Part shown: one piece after another, positions 18,915 through 28,818 of the stretch | Position numbering within the stretch: position 1 is the first letter of the stretch | How the letters are laid out: each line of letters begins with the position of its first letter | Source of the DNA: Candidatus Binataceae bacterium | GTDB lineage: Bacteria; Desulfobacterota; Binatia; Binatales; Binataceae | Assembly: GCA_035531675.1 (NCBI GenBank) | Contig: DATKSL010000033.1 | Location: forward strand, 27,367 to 91,366 | Length of the DNA: 64,000 nt | Direction of reading: 5' to 3' | The notes under the pieces: generated by a model | The model's database searches: none | The model's input: the letters and a program-made list of their open reading frames with translations, nothing else | What the model was told of the DNA's origin: nothing | Position numbers and translations under genes: made by a program

Positions 18915-19164
18915 GCGTGTTGTTGTTCCACCGAAGTGCGAATGTTCAAGCGAAAACGCAAAGTTGTTGACGTTCTAGAATACCTGCCGCGTTCGCCGGC
19001 GCCGCCCGCCGCGATTTCGCGATCGTGCGACCAAGCGCGGCGCGATACTAGCATCTTCACCCGTCTTTACCACGGTGTTCTCGTTCCTTGGCGCAACCGT
19101 GCCAATCCTTGAAGACCCGGGTTGCAGCGCCGACGCAGGATAAATGCTAATGAAATCGATGCTT

Positions 19165-19260
19165 GGAGGAGGAAGGGGCCCGGTGGCCCCACCGGTCTTC
19201 AAAACCGGCTTAGCGGGCATTGCGCTTGCTGGAAGGTTCGACTCCTTCCCCCCTCCGCCA
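19165..19260 (+). tRNA. selC: tRNA-Sec (selenocysteine tRNA, anticodon UCA)
   Basis: GGAGGAGG-AA-GGGGCC/CGGT/GGCCCC (6-bp D stem, 4-nt loop)-CCGGT/CTTCAAA/ACCGG (anticodon UCA)-long variable arm-GAAGG/TTCGACT/CCTTC-CCCCCTCC-G-CCA. The 8+5 acceptor/T geometry, long variable arm and D-arm match bacterial selC; the loops are identical to E. coli selC. Confidence 0.85.
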
Positions 19261-19514
19261 GCGAAGCGCTTGAGTCCCCCGAGGTTTCTCCGCCAGCCCC
19301 AGAGAGGTTAGGATCACTCCCACCATGATAAGTGGCCGCGCAACTACAACCGATGCACAGGTTGGCGTCGCTGGCGCGCTGTGCGCGAGATGCCGCCACG
19401 TGCTGGTCCGCAACCCGCATCAAGTTCGCGCTGGGCCGCCGCCGCGCGGAGAGCGACGCGCGACGAGCGCGGCCGATTCGTTTCGGAGCCACGTGAGCCA
19501 CTCGGAGGAGAGTT

Positions 19515-19766
19515 TCACGGCCACAGACGGGGTTTGCAGATGCTCGACGCGCCCAACAACAGAGCTGCAACGAACGCAAAAGAGGAGGCGTAGCTATTCC
19601 ATCGGGCGGAATATGTCACTGCGTCGATGAGTGCTCGGGGATTATCGACAAGGCCGGCCCAGTCGTTTTTCAACTCCGGAACCTTACCCTTCGCCGAAAT
19701 GAACCAAAATACAGCCGCGCCCAACGAGAAAAAGGCGGTTCCGTAATTCAAGATATTCATAATCAT
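19515..19766 (-). CDS. Small membrane protein, hypothetical (about 83 aa)
   Basis: MIMNILNYGTAFFSLGAAVFWFISAKG... has two hydrophobic helices and a GAGGGG RBS. The N-terminal part of the 162-aa track ORF looks like GC-rich non-coding translation. Confidence 0.35.
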   Translation of the reverse strand: MIMNILNYGTAFFSLGAAVFWFISAKGKVPELKNDWAGLVDNPRALIDAVTYSARWNSYASSFAFVAALLLGASSICKPRLWP

Positions 19767-19834
19767 AACAGCAAGACCCCTCGCGCTGCTCTGCCGCATC
19801 TGGGCAGGGTTTTCAAATTCTGGCTCCGCGCCGT

Positions 19835-20065
19835 TCACTTGTTTCGATAATCTGACAAGCGAAGCAGGAGCTTGGGCGGGATCGCGCCGATGTTCCCTTC
19901 GCGGTCGTAGACAACGTTGCCCGGCCCGCTTTTCTGCTCTTGCTCGCCGCGTGGCCAGCGGTAACGGCGCCGCGGTTGGCCCTCCTCGACCCTCGCCCAC
20001 CATGGTGAAAAAATCGGGTCACGCCTCACGCCTGTGGAATGCCGACGTCTCTTTTCAATCATCAT
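19835..20065 (-). CDS. Small basic protein (76 aa), hypothetical
   Basis: ATG with an AAGAGGG RBS in an unusually AT-rich stretch; MMIEKRRRHSTGVRRDPIFSPWW...; no family recognised. Confidence 0.25.
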   Translation of the reverse strand: MMIEKRRRHSTGVRRDPIFSPWWARVEEGQPRRRYRWPRGEQEQKSGPGNVVYDREGNIGAIPPKLLLRLSDYRNK

Positions 20066-20310
20066 AGGAGCCCTCTTAAATAGGAAATCTTGTCAACTCC
20101 GATCCCGAAATCAACCCTCCGTGAAGCTCGTGCATGGCTTAAGTGGCAAGCAAAAACAGTTTTTCTAATCGTTTCCCTGTACTACGGGAAATCGTTTCCC
20201 AACCGTTTGAGAAGAATTAGAATTTTTCATGTCATCCAACGGGGACGAACAAAGGAACACGGGAGCGGGTGGTAGCCCGGAGCTTGGAAGACGAAGCCCT
20301 CTCCGCCGCT

Positions 20311-21798
20311 TTAGCGCTTTGAAACGGCGAAGGCGGCGGCAGAGCTGCCGGCGTTGCGACCGAACACCGCGCCCGACATCAACCCCGTCCCGCCCGGGTA
20401 ATTGAAATAGAACAGACCGCCGATCAGCTCGCCCGCCGCATAGAGCCCGGGGATGCCATCGCCTTCGGTATCGATCACCTGGCCATCGTGCGAGATCCGC
20501 AGTCCGCCGAAGGTGAAGGTGATCCCGGCCGTGACCGCAAAGGCCGTGAAGGGCGGCGTGTCGATCGGATTCGCCCAGTTGCTCTTGGGAACCGCCAGCC
20601 CTTGCGTGGCGCGGCCATCCTTGATGCTGGGATTGAACGGAATCGCGGTATTCACCGCGCGGTTGTAGTTGCGGATTTCGGCCAGCGCCGCGTCAGCGTC
20701 GACGTCGTCGAGCTTATGCACCAGCTCTTCGAGGGTCTGGGCGCTGACCCTGGTCACCTGCCGGATCCGATACTCATCGCGCAGCAGATGGGTGGCCTTG
20801 GCGTCGAATATCTGCCAGGCAAACTGGGCGGGTTGATCGAGGATCACGCGGCCATATTTCGCGTAGGTGTAGTTGCGGAAGTCGGCGCCTTCGTCGACGA
20901 AGCGTTTGCCGTTGGCGTTGATCATGATCCCGAACGGGTAGCTGTGCTTCTGAAAACCGTCGCCGACCGCGAGGTCGCCGACCGCGGGAGCGTTGCGATC
21001 CCAGGCCACCGCGTGGCATCCCGACCAGTTACCGTAGGGCATCGCGCCCGCTTCCAGAGCCATCTTGATACCGTCGCCGGTGTTGAAGCGGGTGCCGCGC
21101 ACCTTGGCCAGGTCCCAGTTCGGACCCAGGTAGCGGGTGCGCCATTCGGTGTTGGCCTCGAAGCCGCCGCTGGCGAGCACCACCGCGCGGGCGCGGATCG
21201 CGGCGCTGCGGCCGTCGCGCCGCAGGTTGACGCCATGGACGCCATCGTCGTCGCGCAGCAGTGAGACGGCGCGGCTGTTGTACCGCACCTCGATACTGTC
21301 GTTCGCGGCGATCGCGTGCAGCGTCTGAATCAGGCCGGGCCCGCCGCCCGAAGCCTCGACCGTCAGGCCGCCCCAGAACTTGAATTTACCGCCGACCTTG
21401 AAGGCTTGCCGCCCGTACATCGGGACGAAGCGCACGCCCCGCGACCGCATCCATCGCAGCGTTGCGTGACTGCGGCGGACCAGGATTTCGACCAGCTCGG
21501 GATCAGCGCGATATTGCGTGACGCGCCCCATATCCTCGAAGAACTGATCCTCGGTATAGGTCCCGAAATCGGTGTCGCGCTTTTCCTCGTCTGAAAGATC
21601 GGGCATCAGCTCGAGCAGATCGTCGAGCGTGGCGTAGGCGACGCGAAAGGCGCCGGCGGTGAATGCCGAGTTGCCCCCGCGTTCGGCCAACGGGGCGCGC
21701 TCCAGCACCGCCACGCTCGCGCCGCGTTCGCGGGCGGCCAGCGCCGCGCACATCCCGGCGTTTCCGGCGCCGACGATCAGAACGTCAAATTCTTCCAT
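20311..21798 (-). CDS. FAD-binding dehydrogenase, TcuA (tricarballylate dehydrogenase)/fumarate-reductase-flavoprotein-like
   Basis: DVLIVGAGNAGMCAALAA dinucleotide fold, RGGNS motif, C-terminal GLYAAGE. Confidence 0.75.
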   Translation of the reverse strand: MEEFDVLIVGAGNAGMCAALAARERGASVAVLERAPLAERGGNSAFTAGAFRVAYATLDDLLELMPDLSDEEKRDTDFGTYTEDQFFEDMGRVTQYRADPELVEILVRRSHATLRWMRSRGVRFVPMYGRQAFKVGGKFKFWGGLTVEASGGGPGLIQTLHAIAANDSIEVRYNSRAVSLLRDDDGVHGVNLRRDGRSAAIRARAVVLASGGFEANTEWRTRYLGPNWDLAKVRGTRFNTGDGIKMALEAGAMPYGNWSGCHAVAWDRNAPAVGDLAVGDGFQKHSYPFGIMINANGKRFVDEGADFRNYTYAKYGRVILDQPAQFAWQIFDAKATHLLRDEYRIRQVTRVSAQTLEELVHKLDDVDADAALAEIRNYNRAVNTAIPFNPSIKDGRATQGLAVPKSNWANPIDTPPFTAFAVTAGITFTFGGLRISHDGQVIDTEGDGIPGLYAAGELIGGLFYFNYPGGTGLMSGAVFGRNAGSSAAAFAVSKR

Positions 21799-21937
21799 CG
21801 GCCGTCCGCTGCCGGCGTTGCGAAAGATCCGTGCACTTCAACCTTCTTGACACAAGGCGGTACGGCGATCCACGACTATAGGACGCCTGGGTAGAAGGAG
21901 GGTGGATTCCGTCCCGTCCCCGGCCAAGGAGAAGCTT

Positions 21938-22627
21938 ATGGGTGTAGCCAATGGCGTTCATCATCTCGCGATCTGTACGCGCGACATCAAGGCGCAGATC
22001 GAGTTCTACACGCAGGTGGTCGGGGCGGAGCTGGAGGCGCTGTACTGGATGCACGGCGTTCAGAACACCTTCCACGGCTTCCTGAAGCTCAGCGACAGCT
22101 CGTCGATCGCGTTTGTGCAGGCGCCGGAAATCAACGAGATTCAGCCGGTCAAGGGGCTCTCGCACGCCGCCTCACACGCCGGACCGGTGGCGGCCGGCAC
22201 GATGCAGCACGTGGCGCTCAATGTCGATACCGAGGCCGACCTGCTCGCGATTCGCGACCGGGTGCGCGCCCATGGCTACTGGATCATGGGTCCGCTCGAT
22301 CACGGCTTCTGCAAATCGATCTATATGGCCGCGCCCGAGGGGATCATGCTGGAGTTCTCGACCTCGGAAGGCCATCCGATCGACGGCGAAGCGTGGATCG
22401 ATCCCGAGGTCGTAAAGCTGGCGGGGATTAGTGCCGACGATCTCGCACGCTATAAGAAGCCGCCGCGCTTCGAGTCGCAGGGCGGCACGGTGCCGAATCC
22501 CGATCATCGGTCGAAGCCGGTGCCCGAATTTCCGCCGGGTCTCGACAGGGTTTTTACGATGAGTGACGCTGAGGTCACCGCCAAGCTGAGCGAGTCGACG
22601 CCGCCGGTCAAGGTCAGCCGCCGCTAA
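21938..22627 (+). CDS. VOC family protein (glyoxalase/extradiol dioxygenase fold)
   Basis: VHHLAICTRDI...; AAGGAG RBS before the ATG at 21938. Confidence 0.7.
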   Translation: MGVANGVHHLAICTRDIKAQIEFYTQVVGAELEALYWMHGVQNTFHGFLKLSDSSSIAFVQAPEINEIQPVKGLSHAASHAGPVAAGTMQHVALNVDTEADLLAIRDRVRAHGYWIMGPLDHGFCKSIYMAAPEGIMLEFSTSEGHPIDGEAWIDPEVVKLAGISADDLARYKKPPRFESQGGTVPNPDHRSKPVPEFPPGLDRVFTMSDAEVTAKLSESTPPVKVSRR

Positions 22628-22644
22628 TCGCGCGCGGCTCGAAG

Positions 22645-23100
22645 ATGGCAAATCGCCGGCCCACGCTTTACCGGTTCGACGCGATGCCGCGGCAGACCGT
22701 GCTCGGCGGCCGGCTGGAGCGGACCGCGCTGCGCAGCGACGGCGCGATCGTCACGCTCAACTGGTTCCGGCCCGGCTCGTCCAGAGTCGAGCCGCATAAC
22801 CATCCGTTCGACCAGCTGAGCTTCATCTTCGAAGGCACGCTGATCTTCGAGATCGACGGCGAGCAGATCGAGGCCGGCCCCGGCAGCGCCCTGCGGATAC
22901 CGTCGGGTGCGATGCATACCGCGTGGCCCAAGGGCGATCAGGTGGTGCTCAATGTCGACGTGTTCGCGCCGATTCGATCCGACTACCTGTTCCTGACCGC
23001 TCATCAGGACGACGAATTTGCCGACCGCAGCGCCGGGCCGGCGCCGACCACTGGCTTCGCCGGCGCGGCCGACGATGGCAAGCAAGGCGGCAAGCGCTAA
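22645..23100 (+). CDS. Cupin domain protein
   Basis: HNHPFDQLSFIFEGTL...G..IPSGAMH cupin motifs. Confidence 0.65.
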   Translation: MANRRPTLYRFDAMPRQTVLGGRLERTALRSDGAIVTLNWFRPGSSRVEPHNHPFDQLSFIFEGTLIFEIDGEQIEAGPGSALRIPSGAMHTAWPKGDQVVLNVDVFAPIRSDYLFLTAHQDDEFADRSAGPAPTTGFAGAADDGKQGGKR

Positions 23101-23111
23101 GCCGGATACCG

Positions 23112-24797
23112 CTAGCGGCCGGCGCGCAGCGAACTCTCGCGCAGCCCGCTCAGCGTCGCGCGGGTGGTGAGCGCTTCGGGATCGAGCTGGATCTCGATCA
23201 GTGCGGCGCGCCCGGATCTCAACGATCGCTCGAAGGCATCGGCAAACTCGCCGGTGCGCTTGACGGTCTCGCCGTGCAGACCGTAGGCGCGCGCCAGCGC
23301 CGCGAAATCCGGATTGACCAGGTCGCTGGCGATTACACGCGTTGGATATTCGCGCTCCTGATGCATCCGAATCGTGCCGTACATGCGGTTGTTGATCACC
23401 AAGAAGATCGGCGCCACGCGGTACTGATGCGCGGTCGCGATCTCCTGCCCATTCATGAGGAAGCAGCCATCGCCCGAAAACGAGAGCACGCGGCGATCGG
23501 GATAGACCAGCGCCGCGGCGACTCCCGACGGAACCCCGTAGCCCATCGAGCCGTTGGTCGGAGCGAGCTGTGTGCCGAGCTCGCGGAAGCGCCAGAAGCG
23601 ATGTACCCAGCCGGTGAAGTTGCCGCCGCCGTTGGTGACGATCGTGTCGGGCGGCATCTGGTCGCGCAGGCTGGCGACGATTTCCGCGAGCTGGACCTCG
23701 CCGGGATTCTTCAGCGGCTCGCCATAGGCCAGGTAATCCTGATGGGCGCGCGCGATCTGCTCCTCCCACGCTGAAGCATCGACCGGTTTCATCGCTTTGG
23801 CGGCGGCCGCGAATTGGGGCATCCCGGCGACGATCGGCAACGCGGCCTGATAGACGCGCCCGAGTTCTTCGGAGCCGGCGTGAACGTGTACCAGCTTTTG
23901 CCGGGGACGCGGCACCTTGAACAGCTCGTAGCCCCCGGTGGTCGCCTCGCCCAGCCGCGGCCCGACCGCGAGCACCAGGTCAGCATTCTCGAACATCGCG
24001 AGCAGCTTCGGATTGGGTGCGATGCCGAGATCGCCGGCATAGCAGGGATGCAGATTATCGAAATGGTCCTGGCATCGGATCGAGGTCGCGGTCGCCAGCC
24101 GATTGGCCGCGGCGAAGTCGCCGATATCGCGCACCGCCTGCGGAGTCCAGGTCGAGCCGCCGAGGAGCATCATCGGATGCCGTGCCGCCGCCAGCAGCTC
24201 GCGCAGCCGCGCCATCTGATCGGCGCCGGGGCTGGCCTGGACGGCCTGGTAGGGAGCTGCGTCGGCCGTCGCGACCCGATCGCACAGCATGTCTTCGGGC
24301 AGCACCAGCGCCACCGGGCCGGGACGTCCCGAGCAGGCCAGCGTGAAAGCATGCGCCACGAACTCCGGGATGCGGGAGGCGTCGTCGATCTGGGCGACCC
24401 ATTTGGTGAAGGGACCGTACATGTGCCGGAAATCGATCTCCTGGAACGCCTCGCGCTCGGCGAAAGCGCGCGGCACCTGGCCGATGAAGATCACCAGCGG
24501 GGTCGAATCCTGATAGGCGGTATGCAGGCCGATACTGGCATTGGTCGCGCCGGGCCCGCGCGTCACGAAGCAGACCCCCGGCCGTCCGGTGAGCTTGCCG
24601 TAGGCCTCGGCCATGTAAGCGGCGCCGCCTTCCTGCCGACATACGATCAGCCGCAGCCGTTCGCGGACGTCGTACATGGCGTCGAGCGCGGCGAGATAAC
24701 TCTCGCCCGGCACGCAGAAAGCGGTGTCGACGCCATGAATCATGAGCTGATCGATCAGTACCTGGCCGCCGGTGCGGGTCTTTGCGAGCTCGCTCAT
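23112..24797 (-). CDS. Thiamine pyrophosphate-dependent enzyme (acetolactate synthase large subunit-like)
   Basis: 561 aa; TPP-binding GDGCFLMNGQE...N and N-terminal Pyr domain. Confidence 0.8.
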   Translation of the reverse strand: MSELAKTRTGGQVLIDQLMIHGVDTAFCVPGESYLAALDAMYDVRERLRLIVCRQEGGAAYMAEAYGKLTGRPGVCFVTRGPGATNASIGLHTAYQDSTPLVIFIGQVPRAFAEREAFQEIDFRHMYGPFTKWVAQIDDASRIPEFVAHAFTLACSGRPGPVALVLPEDMLCDRVATADAAPYQAVQASPGADQMARLRELLAAARHPMMLLGGSTWTPQAVRDIGDFAAANRLATATSIRCQDHFDNLHPCYAGDLGIAPNPKLLAMFENADLVLAVGPRLGEATTGGYELFKVPRPRQKLVHVHAGSEELGRVYQAALPIVAGMPQFAAAAKAMKPVDASAWEEQIARAHQDYLAYGEPLKNPGEVQLAEIVASLRDQMPPDTIVTNGGGNFTGWVHRFWRFRELGTQLAPTNGSMGYGVPSGVAAALVYPDRRVLSFSGDGCFLMNGQEIATAHQYRVAPIFLVINNRMYGTIRMHQEREYPTRVIASDLVNPDFAALARAYGLHGETVKRTGEFADAFERSLRSGRAALIEIQLDPEALTTRATLSGLRESSLRAGR

Positions 24798-24888
24798 AGC
24801 GCTTCATGCTCTCCTGTTCCGGATGCGAAACTGAGCCTATACTATCGCGTAATCCTCAGAATCTAAGCGATCCAGGGAGGCTCCGACG

Positions 24889-25821
24889 GTGGCAACCGGC
24901 AATATCCCATGCGGCATCGGCATTCCGCAGAATTTCGCCAATTCCCGACTCGATCTGAAGCTGATTCACGACTTCGCGCCGCGCGCCGAAGCACTCGGCT
25001 ACGACAGCCTGTGGGTGCAGGAGCAGATTATCACCGACGCTCCGCTGCTCGAGCCGGTGACGCTGATGACTTACGTCGCGGCGTTGACCACCAAGGTACG
25101 CATCGGCTCCTCGGTGTTGCTGATCGTGATTCGCAACCCGGTGCAGCTCGCCAAGAGCCTGGCCACGCTCGATCAGCTCAGCCAGGGACGGCTGATCGCC
25201 GGCGTCGCGATCGGCGGCCCGCACGTGCCGGAAAAAGTCTTCGGCGTCGGCGGCGGCAAACGCTCGCGCCGCTTCATCGAGGCGCTCGCAGTCATCAAGG
25301 CCTTATGGACCCAGCCGAAAGCCACCTTCAAGGGCGAGTACTGGAATTTCGAGAACATCCCGATGGAGCCCAAGCCGCTCCAGAAGCCGCATCCGCCGCT
25401 ATGGTTCGGGGCCCGCACCGAAATTGGCTTGAAACGCGCGGTGCGCCTTGGCGACGGCTGGATGGGCCCGGGCTCGACCTCGACCGCCGATTTCGCCGAC
25501 CATGTTCAGATCGTGCGGCGGCAGTTGGAGGCGACCAAACGCGATCCGGCGAACTTCCCGATCTCCAAGCGTGTCTACCTAGCGGTCGACGAGAATCGGG
25601 ATCGCGCCGAGCGCCGGCTGCGCGAGTGGTTCCAGATGCGCTACAAGAACGCCGCGATGGGCTCGCAGGTCTCGATTTGGGGCGGCAAGGCGGAGGTTAC
25701 CGACAAACTGCGCGAGCTGGTGCGCGCCGGCGCCCAGCATCTGCTGCTCAACCCGGTGTTCGAAGAAATGGAGCACGCCGAGCTGCTGGCCGGCGAGGTA
25801 ATGCCGCACCTGCAGGGCTGA
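24889..25821 (+). CDS. LLM-class (luciferase-like) flavin/F420-dependent oxidoreductase
   Basis: 310 aa TIM-barrel LLM motifs; GTG start with a GGGAGG RBS. Confidence 0.8.
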   Translation: MATGNIPCGIGIPQNFANSRLDLKLIHDFAPRAEALGYDSLWVQEQIITDAPLLEPVTLMTYVAALTTKVRIGSSVLLIVIRNPVQLAKSLATLDQLSQGRLIAGVAIGGPHVPEKVFGVGGGKRSRRFIEALAVIKALWTQPKATFKGEYWNFENIPMEPKPLQKPHPPLWFGARTEIGLKRAVRLGDGWMGPGSTSTADFADHVQIVRRQLEATKRDPANFPISKRVYLAVDENRDRAERRLREWFQMRYKNAAMGSQVSIWGGKAEVTDKLRELVRAGAQHLLLNPVFEEMEHAELLAGEVMPHLQG

Positions 25822-25839
25822 GCGGGGTCTGCGCGGCGA

Positions 25840-26958
25840 TCAGTCGCGCCAGACGCGGCGCGCGGTCTCGACTACCAGGCGGAGCTTCGCGATCTCGTCG
25901 TCGAGGCTGACCAGGTTGCCCTCGACGGTGCTCGAAAATCCGCATTGCGGGCTGAGCGCGAGCTGATCGAGCGGCACGAAGCGGGCGGCCTGGTCGATCC
26001 GGCGCGCGAGCTCGTCGACCGTCTCGAGTGCGCGGGTCTTCGAGCTGACCAGTCCCAGCACCACGGTTTTGCCCCGCGGCACGAAGCGCAGCGGCGAGAA
26101 ATCGCCCGAGCGCGGGTCGTCGTATTCCAGGAAATAGCCGTCGACGTTGATCTGGTTGAACAGGATCTCGGCCACCGGCTCGTAGCCGCCCTCGGCGACC
26201 CAGGCGCTCTGGAAGTTGCCGCGGCACAGATGCATGCAGATCGTCATGGCGGGCGGACGGGTCGCGATCGCGGCGTTGATCAAATGCGCATAGGTGGCGG
26301 GCAGGGTCTCCGGATTCTCGCCAATCAAGCGTACCTGATCGCGCAATTTCGGATCGCACAGGTAGGCCAGGTTGACCTCGTCGATCTGCAGATAGGTGCA
26401 TCCGGCCTGCGCGAGGTCGGCCACCTCTTCCGCGTAGATACGGCCGAGGTCGGCGTAAAAGCCGGCGAGCTCCGGATAGGCCCTCTCGTCGATCGCGCGG
26501 CGCCCGCCGCGGAAATGCATCGTGCTCGGCGACGGGATAGTGACCTTCGGCGTGACTTGCGCAATCGACTTCAGGAAATTGAAATCCTCGCGCATGATCG
26601 CGCTGGGCCGGGCGAGCTTACCCGTCACCCGGATCCCGGGCGGCATCACCTCGATGTCGCCCTCGGCGCGATGAAACTTCGCCTTGACGCTGGGCGGCAC
26701 CACGGTGACGTTCTGGAAGCGTTCGAGGAAATCGAGATGCCACCAGGTGCGGCGGAATTCGCCGTCGGTGACGGCCTGGAAGCCGAGCTCTTGCTGGAGC
26801 TTGACGGCCTCGCGGATGCATCGGTCTTCGACTTCGCGCAGCTCGGCGGCCGTCATCCGTTCCTGTTTGCGGGCTTCGCGGGCGGCCAGCAGCTCCGGCG
26901 GACGCAGCAGGCTGCCCACGTGATCGGCGCGAAATGGTGGCGTCGTCTTAAGCGGCAT
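25840..26958 (-). CDS. Cobalamin-independent methionine synthase (MetE C-terminal domain)-like family protein
   Basis: N-terminus RADHVGSLLRP, HLCRGN, C-terminal LSPQCGF (UROD/MetE-like fold). Confidence 0.75.
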   Translation of the reverse strand: MPLKTTPPFRADHVGSLLRPPELLAAREARKQERMTAAELREVEDRCIREAVKLQQELGFQAVTDGEFRRTWWHLDFLERFQNVTVVPPSVKAKFHRAEGDIEVMPPGIRVTGKLARPSAIMREDFNFLKSIAQVTPKVTIPSPSTMHFRGGRRAIDERAYPELAGFYADLGRIYAEEVADLAQAGCTYLQIDEVNLAYLCDPKLRDQVRLIGENPETLPATYAHLINAAIATRPPAMTICMHLCRGNFQSAWVAEGGYEPVAEILFNQINVDGYFLEYDDPRSGDFSPLRFVPRGKTVVLGLVSSKTRALETVDELARRIDQAARFVPLDQLALSPQCGFSSTVEGNLVSLDDEIAKLRLVVETARRVWRD

Positions 26959-27035
26959 GATCGAACTCGGCGGAAGAGGCTAGCGCCGGGACGCGTGGAA
27001 CGTCCCGGCGATGTTAGCGTTTCAAAAACAACTGC

Positions 27036-27425
27036 TTACTTTTCGGTACGCAGCTCGATCGTGTTGCCGTCGGGATCGTGCACCCACATCTGACGGCCCG
27101 CGACCACCTTGATACCGGCGTCCTCGGGCATCACCACGTGGATGCCATTAGCGCGCAGGGTCTTGAGCGCTTCGTCGAAATCTTCGACCTCGATCGCGAT
27201 ATGCGGACCGACCGGGTCAGGCTCACCCGGAGGGACGACCTCGCCCTCCTTGCTCTGAATCACGTGAATCGCGGTATTGCCGGCGCCGAACCAGTAGCCG
27301 CCCTGCGGAAAATTGGGCCGATTGGTCATCACCTGCAGACCCAGCACGCCTTCGTAAAACTTCCGGGTCTTTTCCGGATCCTTAATCCTCAAGGCCGAAT
27401 GATTCACGGCATGTGGCTTAATCAT
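27036..27425 (-). CDS. VOC family protein (glyoxalase)
   Basis: 129 aa; HSALRIKDPEKTRKFYEGVLG...HIAIEV. Confidence 0.7.
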   Translation of the reverse strand: MIKPHAVNHSALRIKDPEKTRKFYEGVLGLQVMTNRPNFPQGGYWFGAGNTAIHVIQSKEGEVVPPGEPDPVGPHIAIEVEDFDEALKTLRANGIHVVMPEDAGIKVVAGRQMWVHDPDGNTIELRTEK

Positions 27426-27455
27426 AATCGCTCTCCTCCGCTTGAAGCTCGAAGC

Positions 27456-28670
27456 TTACCGCGATCGCTCAGTATTGCCAACGCTCGCGGGCCGGCTCTC
27501 GGTCGCCTGCTGGTTCATCACCTTCTTCCATTGACGCCAGATGCCGCGCTGCGAGACCTCATCGCGCAGGTCGCCGACGATTCCGAGGGCCGGGTCGGCG
27601 CGTTCGCGATGCTTCCCGCGCGAGAACAGAATCCACGGCTCGGTCGTCGCGGCGAAGCCGGCCTGCACGCGCTCGAAAACCTCGGTATCGTCGGGGCTGC
27701 CGCCGCCTGCCGAGCCGAAGAAGCCCTCGTGCTCGCGCAAGCGCAAATAACTCGCTTGCTCGGAAGCGCCCTTGACCAGGGTCGGGATGATAGTCACCTC
27801 GGTGTGATCGACGCCGACCGGCTGAATCATCCGCATCTGGATTCCCACCAGCGCCAGGTTCGGGAAGATAAACAGGATAACCGCGCCCGCCTGCGAGACC
27901 GGCACGGCTTGCGTCAGGGTCACGTGGCCACCGCCCAAATCACCGGTCGCGCCCTGGAACTTCTCGACGGGATTCGCGGCGCCGGGCCCGAGATCCTTCT
28001 CCACCGCCAGCATCACCGATTGATGGACGAACGGCGGATGATAGCCGTCGAGCGAGTTTTCGACCTGCAGCTTCCAGTTTCCGCGGTAGCGGTACTTGTG
28101 CAGCCCGATCGACGCATCCAGTTCGCCGCCCCGGGAAACCTGTGCGATCCAGCGATCGAGCAACCCGCGCCCGCGTCCCAGATGCTCGTCGAACGTGATT
28201 CCGGCCGGGCTCACACTGCCGAAGATGAAGCCGTGATGTTCGCCGATGCGCGGCACTTTGACCAGCCCGTATTCCTCGCGCCGGAATTGTTCGTCGTAGC
28301 CATCCGGATACGGTACTCCGGCGAGCGTGCCGTCGAGCTTGTAGGTCCAGCCATGATAGGCGCATCGAAAGCTGCGCGCGTTGCCGCGCTCTTCGCTGCA
28401 GACGGTGGCGCCGCGATGGCGGCAGCGGTTGAGCAGCAGGTTCACCTGCCCGGCCTGATCGCGCACCATGATGACCGGCTGCCGGCCGATCCGCTTGAGC
28501 CGGAAGTCGCCGGGGTTGGGCACTTCGCTGGCGTGGCCGACGAAGACCCATCCGCGATGGAAGATACGCTCCAGTTCGTCGTCGAAGATTTCCGGATCGG
28601 TGTAAAGGCGCGAATGGACTCGATCCGGCTTGATTAGCGTGTCGTAATCTCTGGCCGATTTCTTTTTCAT
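27456..28670 (-). CDS. Rieske [2Fe-2S] ring-hydroxylating oxygenase alpha subunit
   Basis: CRHRGATV...CAYHGW. The start at 28670 (MKKKSARDYDTLIKPDRVHSRLYTDPEIF) aligns with the N-terminus of the paralog at 58743. Confidence 0.85.
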   Translation of the reverse strand: MKKKSARDYDTLIKPDRVHSRLYTDPEIFDDELERIFHRGWVFVGHASEVPNPGDFRLKRIGRQPVIMVRDQAGQVNLLLNRCRHRGATVCSEERGNARSFRCAYHGWTYKLDGTLAGVPYPDGYDEQFRREEYGLVKVPRIGEHHGFIFGSVSPAGITFDEHLGRGRGLLDRWIAQVSRGGELDASIGLHKYRYRGNWKLQVENSLDGYHPPFVHQSVMLAVEKDLGPGAANPVEKFQGATGDLGGGHVTLTQAVPVSQAGAVILFIFPNLALVGIQMRMIQPVGVDHTEVTIIPTLVKGASEQASYLRLREHEGFFGSAGGGSPDDTEVFERVQAGFAATTEPWILFSRGKHRERADPALGIVGDLRDEVSQRGIWRQWKKVMNQQATESRPASVGNTERSR

Positions 28671-28818
28671 CTTTTCCGCTGGATGCCCGAAATCGTTACG
28701 CGCCGCTCTCATCCCTTATATCAAGAAAGCGCGCGAACGTTTATGATCCACGGCTCTTTATCCGGCAGGTAAGCCTTACCGGGTCGCGAGGCAAACCAAG
28801 CTCCGCTGAGCCATTCGG

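Noticed and set aside
20488-21264. 258-aa plus-strand ORF inside the TcuA-like gene
   Set aside because: Antisense to a well-supported FAD dehydrogenase; Arg/Gly/Ala-rich.
22624-23769. 381-aa minus-strand ORF across the cupin and TPP genes
   Set aside because: Spans two real genes on different strands; composition is non-protein-like.
23814-24866. 350-aa plus-strand ORF and 24055..24807 minus ORF
   Set aside because: Alternate frames of the TPP-dependent enzyme gene.
24909-25910. 333-aa ORF (frame +3) overlapping the LLM oxidoreductase
   Set aside because: Shifted frame of 24889..25821; extremely Arg/Ala/Gly-rich.
25945-28637. Long plus-strand ORFs 25945..27093 and 27078..28637
   Set aside because: Antisense to the MetE-like, VOC and Rieske genes.
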